Assembly (NCBI GenBank): GCA_048213135.1
Contig: PS015126.1
Span: 1 to 64,000, forward strand
Length of the DNA: 64,000 nt
Direction: 5' to 3'
Source: Reclinomonas americana ATCC 50394
Lineage: Eukaryota
Of the stretch, positions 1-12,899 are shown piece after piece. A program made the position numbers and the translations under genes. Numbering within the stretch: position 1 is the first letter of the stretch; the number at the start of each line of letters is the position of its first letter. The notes below the pieces were generated by a model that saw only the letters and a list, made by a program, of their open reading frames with translations, searched no databases and was not told the origin of the DNA.

Positions 1-105
1 ACCGCCGTAAACGTAACGTTAACGTTTACGTTTCGTTTTCGTTTCGTTTTCGTTTCGTTTCGTTCGTTACGTACGTAACGTAAACGTAACACGACGTAGT
101 AGTTA

Positions 106-156
<51 letters not shown>

Positions 157-701
157 CTCTCTCTCTCTCCTCCTCTCTCTCCTCCCTCCTCTCTCTCTCT
201 CTCTCTCTTTCTTGCTTTTGTTTGTTGAGAGATACGTTGTTTTGTTGCATCGGCTGCGGCTTGTTACACCGCGATTATGAGAGCTTCATCACTCTTTCTT
301 TCTTGTTTGTAAGGTAGAAGCTGTGAAACGTGACGCGTTCTTTTCTCATGTCTTCGGCTTCCTACATCGTCTGCGTGCACAACTCGATATAGTGTCTCTC
401 TCTCTCTGACATTCCGCCTCTACATGTGCTTTCCCTCTTTGCCTCTCTCTCGCTCGCCTTTGCCTTTTTCCAAACTCTGCGCAGAACCTGTGTTTCGTGA
501 ATTGCAGGGGGGTCCCTGGGTATTTCGCACTCTCCCTTTCCTCTGCATCAATGTGACATTCCGCCTCCTCCAATTCGCGTGTATCTATTGCATATGCTGA
601 GGTACGCAGAGTCATCGCGTCTCCCTTCCCTCCCTCTCTCCTCTGCCTTTTCCAGACACAGCTCAGATCCTATGTTACGTGGATTGCGGGTTTTCTTTTC
701 T

Positions 702-775
<74 letters not shown>

Positions 776-1021
776 TACTACGTACGTACGTACTACGTCG
801 TACGTACGTACGTACGTACGGTAACCGTACGTACGTACGTACNNNNNNNNNNNNNNNNNNNNNNNNNNNNNNNNNNNNNNNNNNNNNNNNNNNNNNNNNN
901 NNNNNNNNNNNNNNNNNNNNNNNNNNNNNNNNNNNNNNNNNNNNNNNNNNNNNNNNNNNNNNNNNNNNNNNNNNNNNNNNNNNNNNNNNNNNNNNNNNNN
1001 NNNNNNNNNNNNNNNNNNNNN

Positions 1022-1856
1022 ATAACCACTGCTGTACGGCCAAGGCGGATGTACGGTACAGCAGCCCTTCCCTCTCCTTCCCTCTCCCTTCCCTCCTCCC
1101 TTCCCTCTCCCTTCCCTCCTCCCTTCCCTCTCCCTCTCCCTCTCCCTCGCCCTCTCCCCTTCCCTCTCCCTCTCCCTCTCCCTTCCCTCTCCCCTTCCCT
1201 CTCCCCTTCCCTCTCCCTATCCCCTTCCCTTCCCCCCTTCCTCTCCCTCTCCATCCCTCTCTCCCTTCACTCATCGCCTCGCAGTCCTCCACTCAATCCC
1301 GCAAGCCACTGGCGTCGGCGTCGACATTAGCGTGGCTGCCTTGGCCATGGCACAACGCAACGCACGAAAGCTCAAGCTGCAGGATCGCGCTCGATTCGTG
1401 CACGGGGACTGGTCGCACGCCGGCGAGTTGCAGCGACAGATTGGCGGTGCGTGTGCTCACACATCTTCCTCCTCCCCTCTCCCAATCCCTTTCCGTCCTC
1501 CTCACCCCCTTCTTATTGCGTTCGTGCCAGCCGACGAGTTCTTCGACGTCATCCTCTGCAATCCACCGTACGTGTCGACCAAGGAGTACGCCGCCTTGAG
1601 CATGGATGTGTACCACGAACCGGCAATGGCGCTGCTGGGCGGACGCGACGGACTCGAGTGCTACCGACAAGTGAGCACGGCCGCTGCGCTGTTCTTGCGC
1701 GATCCCGGTGCCGTGCTGTGCCTGGAGATTGGGGCTCGACAGGAGCGAGCGGTGCGCGAAATCATGGAAGAGACGGGCCGCTGGAAGCATCTCTCGACCA
1801 AGCGCGATGGCGCCGGCATCGAGAGGTGCATGATGTTTGCGCTGGCCACCACATAA
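1022..1856 (+). CDS. HemK/PrmC-family (release factor) N5-glutamine methyltransferase, 3' part; 5' end lost in N-gap
   Basis: Spliced reading ...PQATGVGVDISVAALAMAQRNARKL...F.HGDW...FDVILCNPPY...EPAMALLGGRDGLECYR...LEIG...KRDGAGIERC*; NPPY and GG.DGL motifs are typical of HemK/PrmC; GT-AG introns at about 1056-1284 and 1447-1530. Confidence 0.85.
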
Positions 1857-1886
1857 TACACGTAGACTGTCCAATTTTCACAGCGT

Positions 1887-4414
1887 TCAGTCCTCCCACT
1901 TGTACACGAATAATTGCGAGGCCGACAGCGTGATGAGTGCGTCGAGCTCGCTGTTGTGGTGCACGTCCAGTACCTGCGACGAATGCGCCTGTAATCTCTG
2001 ATGCTCTTCGTCTGCGTTCACCGGCCACACAATGGGCTGTGCGCGCAAAAGTGAGTCAAGCATGCACAACGGAAGTACATAGTGAGAGAGGCACGACAAA
2101 CCCGCTTGCTCTGCTCATCGCCGCCGATCACCATGGGGATGCCGTCGCCAGTGGCCCCCGCCACAATCACGCTCGTCAGAGCGTGGCGACAGTGCTGCAA
2201 GCCGTACGTGAAGCCGCCGATCCGCTTGTCGGCCTCGAACTTGCGGAGCGTGTCGGACCAGTGCAGCACCACGTGTGCCGGTTCAACGGCACCCTCCTGC
2301 GCAGCAGCAGCGGCGGCGGCAACGGCAGGCAGTTGTCGATACGAGAGCATCATTCGCTCCGTGGTCTTGTCCGTCGTCATGGCGGTGCAGCCGGCGGGCG
2401 GCACACCACCGGCGCCAAACAAGGGTGACTGACGAGGTCACTCGCGGTGAGAAAAACTCGACAATTCCACCTCCTTTTGCCCCCTCGTTCCTCACCTCCG
2501 CAATCGGACTGCCAGGCAGCGGTTGGTACGAGTCGGCCCGACGCGCGGCCACCACACCGGTCGGTGAGGCTCCGACGAGGAGACCGCCGGCGACTCGACT
2601 GACGTACGAGAGCGAGTGCACGGCCGCACGACCGCCACACGCCAGCTCGTGGACCGAGCCGCGCGTTTGGCGCAAATCAAACACTCGCACCTGACCTTGC
2701 TCGAGACCGGCAAACACCACATTGGCGTCGTCGTCGCAAAAGGCCACGCTCCATCCGCACAGCTCGGTGGGGAAGCTGCGCGGGAGCGGGAGGAGGTGAG
2801 GAGAACACAACAAGACATGCGGTACTCTCGGACTCGCACCTGACGGCAATCGCTCGCGACCGCAAGTCGACAATCTGCAGCACCTTGTCGAACGACACGG
2901 AAGCCACGTGTTTGCTGAGCGGTGCACTGGAGAGATCGCGCACTTCCTTTTTGCCGAGCATGAAGCTGTCGGTGGCCGGGTGCACCGCATCCAATCGTTG
3001 CAGATCCACTGCGCGGATGCCCGCACAATTGCCGGCGCTACAACGATAACCATGGGGGAGACAGTACAGTCAGCAGCAGCAGCAACAGCACCTCACACGA
3101 GAGGAACGAGAAAAAACAGGCCTGGAGAGAAACGACGTCAGGGCAACATCGCCCAGCTCCGCGCAAAACGTCATGCACCGCGAGTTGTTGAGCGCCGCCG
3201 AACCCAAGCTCACGAAGCGACCGCGGTACCACACACGACTCGAGCCGCTCCCGGCCGCCGCCGAGGCACCGCCGCCGCCGCCACAGCCGTCGCCGGTCAT
3301 TGCAGAGGTCGGCTCGAGTCGTCGGGCCTTGTTCAGCTCGTTGGTGACCATGTTCAGTCGCAACGACAACTCGGCGTTCTGGCGAGCGCACAACGGGGGG
3401 TCAACTTTGAAGGAAAGAGGGGAGAGACCACCACGAAGCACCTCTTTCTTGAGTCGGGTGTTCTCGCTGGTCAGCACCTGCAGCCGCTGCGCCGTCTCCG
3501 TCGTCACACTATTGTCCACGACCGCCAGGTGCGCGTCGAACAGCACACGAATATCCTTGATCGCGGCGCCTCGGCGGCACGTGGGACATCGGCGATTGTC
3601 GCGCGCCTGCGACTGTAGCCACTGCTCCACGCATCGCTTGCCAAACAGGTGACCGCAGGGCAGGCACGAGAGGTGATGTGCGCCAGTGCTGGTGCACGGC
3701 TCGTCGCAAATGATGCAGCGAGTCTGCCAGGAGAAGGGTTAGGCAGCAAGGGAAAAGGCGAGGGAGACGGAGAAAACGGACGCAACCAAGGTCGGTTCAG
3801 GTTTGTTGCGTTTTCTCGGTGGCGACTGCCGGTCGGACACGGAGGTGGCAGTGGTTGTCGTTGTTGTTGTTGAGCTTGTGGGAGAGGCGCTTCGCTCTCG
3901 GCGGCGAGAGGGTGGTGAAGGTGGTGGTGGTGGCGGAAGTCGGGTGATGGATGGTGGTGGAAGAGGAGGAGGATGGGGGGCGCTGCTGACAAGGGGAAAG
4001 GGATGAGGGGAAGGGAGGGTAGGGAGGGAGGAAAGGAGGGAGGGAGGGAGAAGGCAGCGAGAGAAAGAGAAAGAGAGAGACAATAGAGAGAAAGAGAGAG
4101 AAAGCGATAGACATGAGAAAAGGAGAGCGCACACAGCAAGGCAGCAAGAGCGGGAGATGGCTTCTGAATTGCATCACAAAACGTCACTTCTCTTCTTTCC
4201 TCCTCCCCTTCTCTCTCCCCCTCACACACTCACTACCTCTTTCGCACTCACCTCAGTTGCGCCGCAGGAACGGCGACAACCTCCACAGGTTCATCGACTT
4301 CCATCTCCCTCTCTTCCCCTTCATCATCATCACCAGCATCACCGACATCGACATCGACTTCATCATCATCCACAACAACAGTGACTGCATTCTCCACTTG
4401 CACCGCATCGTGAT

Positions 4415-4446
<32 letters not shown>

Positions 4447-4613
4447 TCATCGTCGTCATCGTCACCAAGAACAACAACAACATCATCATCATCATCCACT
4501 TCACCAGCGACATTGTCAAGCACGTCGTCAGCAACAACGACTTCCACCAACTCCAGCACAGCTTGCTCTGCTCTCTCGCCAGTGAGGTCTACCGCATCGT
4601 GCGGCGACGACAT
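1887..4613 (-). CDS. RFWD3: RFWD3-like RING finger + coiled-coil + WD40 E3 ubiquitin ligase (multi-exon)
   Basis: Acidic N-terminus (MSSPHDAVDL...), RING CIICDEPC..GAHHLSCLPCGHLFGKRCVEQWL..CPTC...DIRVLF, coiled coil, then WD-like segments (VASVSFDKVLQIVDL; WSVAFC..VVFAGLEQGQVRVFDLR); stop at 1887-1889; start codon is inferred. Confidence 0.8.
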
Positions 4614-4916
4614 TTGGCGACGAGATGAGAGTGAGAGGGGTTTCCTGCAAATTGTGCGCGAAATGGATCCATGGAGGTGCGAGCACGAAGTGTCGGCGGC
4701 ACAGCTCGAGCTTATGGTTCGTAGGGATGAGCTCACTACTTCCGCCAAGGAATGTTGCATCAAGGTCAGAATGTTGAATGCGGATTTGGCATCGGTCGGA
4801 GCTTCGCCACGGCGCGCGTGCGCGCGATTGCCAGCCATCAAGCGACTCCCTATATGTGCAGCTCATCATCGACTTCGGCTTTCACAAGTTCTGCGTGCTC
4901 GGCTTTCCGCACCACA

Positions 4917-4941
4917 TTTTGGCGCCAATTTGCACCGTTTT
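4917..4941. promoter_or_regulatory. Shared upstream motif TTGGCGCCAATTTGCACCGTTT containing palindrome TTGGCGCCAA (second copy at ~12798-12820)
   Basis: Identical ~22-nt string upstream of both paralog start codons; TTTGGCGC resembles an E2F-type site; function not demonstrated. Confidence 0.35.
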
Positions 4942-4972
4942 CGTTTTCAAAGCATCTTCTATTGTAGCCGAC

Positions 4973-7900
4973 ATGCGTGCCGCTATCAACCTCACTCTCG
5001 TCGTTCTCTTTTTCATCCACTCGCTCGCTGTCACTGCAAGTTGCGTGCGTTTGTGTGTGTGTGTGTTGTGCACGCTTTTTCGCGCCTTGTGCACCTTGTG
5101 TGTTGATGCTCTCACACACGCACTCACACTCCTCTCCCAATCCACCTCTGCGCAGACGCACAGACAGTCACCACTGCCGTCGCCAACAGCATCACCGGCA
5201 CCACCGGTACTCTCAATGCGTGGGTCAATCCCAACAATGTCGCCGGAGGCACAACCAACTCCTTCGAGTGGTCTCCATACTCCGCCGCCATTGGTGTCTC
5301 CTCGGCCACTGTCTCCACCTTTGTGGGCACTGCAGGCACCTCGGGAACAACGGACGGTGTTGGCGCAAGTGCCTTGCTCTACGGGCCACTGGTTTGTTTT
5401 GCAGTGTCCTTGTTGTTTCTGCTGCTATCGTGTGCTTCGCCGACTCAGCGACTACGCTCTCAACAGGGGCTGGCTTTCGACGCAGCAGGCAACTTGTATG
5501 TTGGCGACTGCGGGTTTGTCACGCTCTTCCTTGTCTGCAGTCTGTCGATTCGTCTCTCTCACTCTTTTACACGCAATGTCGGTGGCAGCAACTNNNNNNN
5601 NNNNNNNNNNNNNGAGGGGGAGGGAGGGAGGGGGAGAGGGAGAAAACTAGCGCCATGCATTTCTCTATTCTCAACTGCGTCTTCTGTTTGTGCGTGAGTG
5701 CAGCCGACCGCGTGACCAATTCCATCCGAGCCATCGACACGGTGGCGATGACGGTGACGACCGTGGCGGGATCGACGAGCGGCGTCGCTGGATCCACGGA
5801 TGCCACTGGTAATTTATTCATAATAGGAGGCCCAGTGTGACTGTTTGCATGCGTGCTGACCAATGTGCATCAGGAACGGCTGCTCGCTTCAGCACACCAG
5901 TGGGATTGGCATACGACACAGGAAACAATGTCATTTATGTTGCCGATGTTGAGTATCCCCTCTACCACCCCACGCACGCTGATCACATCGCTTCTTTATT
6001 CTGACGCACTGAACTCCACAGACTGGCAACAACATCGTGCGAAGCATCCGAGTGTCAGACTCGTCAGTAAGCACCATCGCTGGTGCGGCGGGCATGAGTG
6101 GCTCAGCCAACGGCAGTGCACTGACCGTCGCCCGCTTCGACTTGCCGCATTATGTTGTATTTGATGCCTCGACCGCATCAGTGCTCATTGCCGATTTCAA
6201 CACGCACACCGTCCGTCGCCTCTCGCTGGCGTCGCAATCGGTGTCGGCCACACCCGCCACTGCCACTGGCTCCCTCGCCACTTCGATCACTGCCTCACTG
6301 ACTGGGTTGGCGAGCAACTGGACATACTATTATCGCGCCGTTGGTGTCACCTCCGCACCCAGCACCATCAATGGCGCCACCGTGTCGTTCACCACCACCA
6401 CCAATGTGGCTCCGACCGATATTAGCTGCTCGTCGACGACGTATGTGTCGCCGTCGGTGGCGAATCAAGTCGTGTGTGCGCTGCAGACGACGGACGCGAA
6501 TGCGGGCCAGTCGTTCACGTACTCGATTGTCGGTGGCGCCAATAGTGCAGTGTTTTCGATCAGCGGACAGTCGCTGGTGATTGTGGCGGCGGGGCAGGCG
6601 GGCAGCTCGCTGGCGGTGACGATCCGGTCGACCGATAACGGATCGCCGGCGCTCTTCTTCGACAAGGCGTTCACCATTGCCACGGGTGAGGCACATGTTA
6701 CCCTGCATGGTCTTGTGTGCTCTGTGTCTGTCTGTCCATCTATCTATCTTGCATCTCTCAAGCACACACGCGCGCGCATGTAGCGCAGGTTGCTTCACCA
6801 TGTTGTCTCTCTGCTGCCCACCTTTCTCTATTGCGTTTGTCTCTCTTTTTCTCATTCTCATGCTTTCCCGTCTTGCGGGTTGATTCATTCTCTTGCCCCT
6901 TCCTCATCTCTCATTTCTCTTCTGTGCAACATTGTGTCTACCCCTCGTTCTCCGTTGCCACTTTTCTTGTCTCTCCTTTGCTCGCTGGTTCTCTCATGCG
7001 TTATCCAGTTTTCTTCAAGATGTTGCCTCTTTCCTGTCCTCCTCCTTCTCCTCGGCCTCTTCCTTGTTCTTCTTCTCATTCTTCTTCTTCCTCTTCTTTT
7101 CTCCTCATTCCGCACTCCTCCTCCTCGTCCTCCTCCTCCTCCTCCTCTTCCCATGCTGATCATGATGCCCCACTTTTTCTATATGCCACAGCCACCCAAT
7201 CGCTGGCGACACTGGCGGCCAGCAGTGTGACCACCTCGACGGCGACATTGAATGCGGTGGTGGGCAACTCTGTGGCGGCGTCAACAATGACCAACTCGTT
7301 CGAGTGGGCGCCCTCGGCGGCTGCGTTGGGAGTCACGCCAGCAGTGTCAACGTGGTTGGGCACNNNNNNNNNNNNNNNNNNNNACCATACAACACACACG
7401 AACCAACGTACAGTCGATTGGCCGTCGAGTCCAGTGCCAAGCCGTTGGGTCCGCCAAACCGTGCTGTTGTTGCACATGCCCCATCAGCTGTACCGGAAGA
7501 TCCGATCGTGCCACAGTAGGTGGTGACCTCGCCGCCGAATGTGACCTAAGAAACGGAGTAACGTTGTGTGATCATACAAACACAGCGGTCGTAGATGCGC
7601 GCACGCACCTTTCTGATGGCGTTGTTCTGCCAGTCACCAACGTACATTGCCTTGTTCGAAGGATCAACCACGATGCCATGCGGTCTGTTAAACCTCGCAC
7701 TGGATCCAGTGCCATTGGCAGTGCCGGATGACCCGTTGCCAGCCAGTGTCGATAGAGAGCCGGACGGAGTGCTCACACGGATGGCATGGTTAAATTGCTG
7801 GAGGCGGCAACCGTCAGGGGCAGAGGAACTCTTTCACAGACATCGACAGCAACGCAACATCAACAATGTAGAGGTACCCTGTGGTCAAGTCAATCGACAC

Positions 7901-10900
7901 ATCGGTTGGTGAATCAAACCGCACGGCGCTGCCGATCCCATCGACCAAGCTTACAGCTCCGGCAGTTCCCAGAAACGTCGACGTCACGCCTGCACTCGTC
8001 ACTCGTCGAATCGTGCGGTTCCACATATCGCACACGAACGCAGTGCCCGAAGCATCAAAAGCGATGCTCTGCAATGCCAAAGTGAGCACTGAGTTATAAA
8101 CCATGCAAGGGAGACAACTCACCATCGGTGCAAATAAACGAGCAGCAGTCCCCGTGCCATCTGTCGAACCAGACATGCCCGCCNNNNNNNNNNNNNNNNN
8201 NNNNNNNNNNNNNNNNNNNNNNNNNNNNNNNNNNNNNNNNNNNNNNNNNNNNNNNNNNNNNNNNNNNNNNNNNNNNNNNNNNNNNNNNNNNNNNNNNNNN
8301 NNNNNNNNNNNNNNNNNNNNNNNNNNNNNNNNNNNNNNNNNNNNNNNNNNNNNNNNNNNNNNNNNNNNNNNNNNNNNNNNNNNNNNNNNNNNNNNNNNNN
8401 NNNNNNNNNNNNNNNNNNNNNNNNNNNNNNNNNNNNNNNNNNNNNNNNNNNNNNNNNNNNNNNNNNNNNNNNNNNNNNNNNNNNNNNNNNNNNNNNNNNN
8501 NNNNNNNNNNNNNNNNNNNNNNNNNNNNNNNNNNNNNNNNNNNNNNNNNNNNNNNNNNNNNNNNNNNNNNNNNNNNNNNNNNNNNNNNNNNNNNNNNNNN
8601 NNNNNNNNNNNNNNNNNNNNNNNNNNNNNNNNNNNNNNNNNNNNNNNNNNNNNNNNNNNNNNNNNNNNNNNNNNNNNNNNNNNNNNNNNNNNNNNNNNNN
8701 NNNNNNNNNNCTATGCTATTATTGTGACACTAGATGTGCACTTACGCGGTTGGATGCGAGCAGCTGATCGATTGCGCCACAACATTCGCGCTATTGACAT
8801 GCTGGCGATGACCGTATCGACTCTGGCCGGTTCGCTCACCGCCGTAGCAGGGTCGACAGATGCCACAGGCACTGCGGCTCGATTCAGCGAACCCATTGGC
8901 CTCCAGCTTGATCGAGCTCGTGGCGTTCTTTACGTTGCTGATGTTGCGTCGGGTTATTATGCAACGGACGTAAAGTAGTTTCTCGAATCATTTATTTTTA
9001 TGCCTGTTGAAGTTTAACAACTCCACCATTCGCCAAGTCGTCGTCAGCACCGGCGCCGTAACAACCATCGCCGGCGCTGCGGGAGCCACAGGAACAGCCG
9101 ACGGCAGCCCTGTGACAAGTGCTCGATTCAATGGCCCGGTTTGTTCGTCGGGTGCTTGTGGCGACTAATTTGATGCGTCTCTCATTTTGTCAGTCCAGGC
9201 GTTCATGGCGTACGATGCCACATCATCCACTCTGTATATTGCAGGTGTGCGATGAAAGGAGAGATTGAACCATCGTTTTGTCTTGTCCTCTTTCTCATAT
9301 TGCACCGTAGATTACAACAACAGCACCATTCGCCGACTCACCATTGGCTCTGCCACCATCTCGGCCACTCCGGCCACCTCCGGCGTCGCCTCCAGCACCG
9401 CCCTCACCGCATCGCTGACATCTCTCGCCGCCAGTTGGACGTACTACTTTCGTGCCCTCGCCACCTCCACCGTGCCCAGCACTCTCACCGGCTCCACCAT
9501 GTCCTTCGCCACCTCTAACTCGGCACCGAACGACATTGCGTGCACCGGAACGAATACGTATGTCGCGCCGTCGACAGCCAGTGTTCCGTTGTGTACGATG
9601 AGCACCAGCGACGGCAATGGAGGCCAGTCGTACACGTACGCAGTCAGCGGTGGCGCAAACGGCAGCGCGTTCTCCGTGAGCGCTGGCGCCCAGTTGCAGA
9701 TCACCTCGGCGGGACAGTCGAGCAGTCCACTGGTTGTCATGATCCGCTCGTTCGACAATGGCACGCCGCCGATGTTCTTCGACAAGTCATTCAGTGTGAC
9801 GTCGGGTGAGTGGATGATTGATTGAGAATGTTGTGTTTCTTGGGGTGGATGCTGACCTTGTCTTCCACAGTGAACAATGCACCAACCGCGGTGACGCTGA
9901 GTGCGAGCTCGTACATTCCGCCCAGCACAGCGGGACTGGCGATCGGCACGATGAGCACGAGTGATGTGGACTCGCAGCAGTCGTTCACATATTCGGTGGT
10001 GGGTGGTGCGAGCAGTGCGCTGGTGACGATTGCGTCTGGTAATCAGCTACAGTTTGCGAGTGCGGGCGTAGCGGCATCGTTGGTGGTGATTGTGCGCACG
10101 ACCGACAATGGCAATCCTGCGATGTCGTTTGACCAGACGCTCAACATTGCTGGTTGCGTGCTGTTGTGATTGCGAATCGTCGTGATGCGTAATGGTGCTG
10201 ATGGTGTGGCCTCTGCAGCGCCGACTGTGACGTCGCTGTCGGCCACCTTTGTGTCGGCACTGGCTGGCCAATTGATAACACTGACCGGAACTGGATTGCT
10301 GAACAACTCGGCCGATGCGTCGGCGTATGTGTTGGCCACTCCCCTTTGTGGCGCCACAACACCGCCGACGGCCGTGGCCAGCACCACCGTCAGCAGTGCA
10401 TTCGGGAGTACGACCAGTATCACGCTGACGATTGGAGCGGCGGGTGCAGCCGTGGGCACGTACGAGCTGTGCACGCGATGGGCGCCTGCCAAGACATATT
10501 TGGCCGTGTCGGCATTTGCCATTGGTGAGACTGAGGGGAGAGGGGAGACGGGAGAGAGAAGGTGGGGGAAGGAGAAGGAGTGGAGGAACAAGGAAAGGGA
10601 GTTGGGTGGAAGAGAGGGCACAGGAAGAGGGTGAGTGGCGAGGGAAGAGAGCGCAGGGAGAGGAGAGGAGCGAGGAGGGAAAGGGAAAGGGAAAGGGAAG
10701 GGAACTGGAGAGAAAGAGAGAGAGCAGCGGGAGAAAGAGCGAAGAGGGAGAAGTGAGAAGGAGAGTGACGGGGAAGCAGGGAAAGGGGAGAGAGAGAAGG
10801 CAGAGGGAGATGGAGAAAAAGCGGAAGAGGGAGAGGAAGAGGAAGAGGTAGAGGGAGAGGAGAGCGGGGAGAGTGAGGAGACTGAGAAAGAGAGCTGAAC

Positions 10901-12787
10901 CTTTGTCTGTGTGAGTGCGCAGGGACTGTTGGCCCGAGCGACATTCTGCTGTCGGGTGCGCAGACGTACTCGAGTGTGACGGTGCCATTCACGGTGGGCA
11001 CACTGAGTATGGTGGATCTCAACACGGGACAGACGCCAACATTCAGCATTGTGGGCGGTGTGCACGCGGCTCTGTTCAGTCTGGTGGGTGGCAATCAGCT
11101 GACGATCTCTGTGGCGCCGCCACTGAGTCGGCGGCTGCAAGTGTTTGTGCAAGTGAGCGACGGGGCGCTGTCGTACACCAAACAGTTCATGATTGTGTAT
11201 GGTGCGTGTATGGGGAAAGAGAGGGAAGGGAAGAAAAGCGGGAAAGGGGTAAGAGAGGGAAAGTGGGAAGAGAAGGGAGAAGAGAGGAAAGGGGGAAGGG
11301 AGGAAAGGAAGAAGAGAGGAAAAGGGAAAGAAAGTGACAGGGGAAGAGAAGCAGGAAGAGGAAAAGAGCGAAAGAAGAAAAGAAAGAAGAGAGGGAAGAG
11401 GGAGAAAGGGGAAGAGAGGGAAATTGGGAAGAGAAGTGGAGGGGGGAAGAGATGGAAAGGGGGAAGAGGGGGAAGAGGGAGAAAAGAGGGAAAGGGTGAA
11501 GAGGGAGAAGAGAGAGAAAGGTGGAAGAGAGGGAAAGGGGGAAGAGGGAGAAGATGGAGAAAGGTGGANNNNNNNNNNNNNNNNNNNNAAGGGAGGAAAG
11601 GAAGAAGAGAGCGAAAGAGGAAAGAGCGAAAGAGGAAGAGAGCGAAAGGGGAAGAGGTGGAGAGGGGAAAGGGAGAAGAGAGAGAAAGGGAAGAAAATGA
11701 AACGGGGAAGAAGGGATGGGGGAAGAGAGGGAACGGGGGAGGGGAATTTTGGGGATAGGCTACATGGCGTAGATAGCAAGGGAATAGTGAAAGAGCGGAG
11801 ATCGCAGATGTGACTAGTGGAAGACACAATGGTAAAGAGACAAATGGAAGTTCATTTAGTTTGCGGGTGGGTATCTAGTTGCAGCAAAAAGAGACATTGT
11901 TGTCTGTTGGATGTTCTCTCTCTCTCTCACTCCCTCCCTCTCACTCTGTCGAAGTGGCTCCTTCTACGGCAACGGAGGGTTTCTTCCTGAAAATAGAATG
12001 TCTTATCGCTTGTGCAGCATCGAATACAAGTTGTTCTACGCTGCAGAACGGCGTCGTGGCTCGTTGCGTTGCTTTTCACGTCCGGTGTGCAGCATCGTCG
12101 GTCGCCTCACTGTTTGCTATACGAGCAGCCGCGTTGGAGGTGTGTCAGTTCGAGGCAGTGGACCGGCCTGGCGGCACAATCTTGGCGTCGCTCGTCACTG
12201 CTCGCAATGAGATCGGTTGCTGCGAACTGTGCGATCTGTACTCGCAATGTCGATCGTGGACATTCTTGGATGCTGCTGCGGCGTCGAACTCTCTTGGAGT
12301 GAGCGTATGCACACTGAAGGCGCGTGATCGGAAGTGAGAAAGAGATTGTGTGAATTTGAGAAGCTCACCTTCGTGGGGCATGCAGAGCACAGTGCCGGCA
12401 ACTGCTGCGAATGCAGAGACCAGCAATGTGTGTGGCACGCACTTCTGCTTGGTGTCGGGACGCAAGACGAGTGCGGCTGCGTACGACAGCAGTGGCTTCC
12501 AGACCAGCACGGGTGAGTTCTCGCAGGGAAAAGAGATAAGAGAGCATCGTGATTGATGCGTTGGTTACTTGCATGCAGATCGACCTGGTGGCGATCTCAC
12601 GTGGGCCATCAAGACGACGACCGGGCCACAGGCATGCTCGCTGTGGTGCTCGCAGTTGACCGCGTGTGGCTCGTGGACATTCACTACGTCGACCAAGCAG
12701 TGCGTGCCGAAGAGTGGCGTGGTGGCCACGTCGACAATGACTGCGTGTGCTATGAGTGGCGACTGCACGTCGGGCGTGAAGATTTGA
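4973..12787 (+). CDS. Large secreted multidomain protein, copy 1: signal peptide, 2x[Fn3-like domain with inserted NHL repeats], cadherin-like repeats, IPT/Ig-like segment, 2x PAN/apple
   Basis: MRAAINLTLVVLFFIHSLAVTA signal peptide; NHL units (GTAARF..P.G...D...LYVAD..N..IR); cadherin-like NxAPTDI...TDANAGQSFTYSIVGG...IRSTDNG; PAN-like DRPGG..C...C....C.SWTF....C.LK; many GT-AG introns; 7384-8183 is assembled inverted. Confidence 0.8.
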
Positions 12788-12899
12788 AGAGTGAAAATTG
12801 GCGCCAATTTGCACCGTTTCCGCAGATTTGTTTTGGGTGTATTCATTCCGTATGGGCAAACGGCCTCTCTCCTCTCGCTTGCGCTCTCAAGCTGCCGGC

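Noticed and set aside
770-842. TACG/TAC/CGTTT repeats beside gaps (also 1-110, 22817-22990, 37030-37730)
   Set aside because: They occur only at contig ends next to microsatellites and mirror the TACG pyrosequencing flow order; likely sequencing artefacts, not telomeres or satellites
7384-8183. Apparent inversion of NHL exons inside gene copy 1 (possible invertible cassette)
   Set aside because: Bounded by N-gaps on both sides; flipping it joins seamlessly to 7363 and 8711 exactly as in copy 2 (15195-16001), so it is most likely a mis-oriented contig and the long gap is spurious
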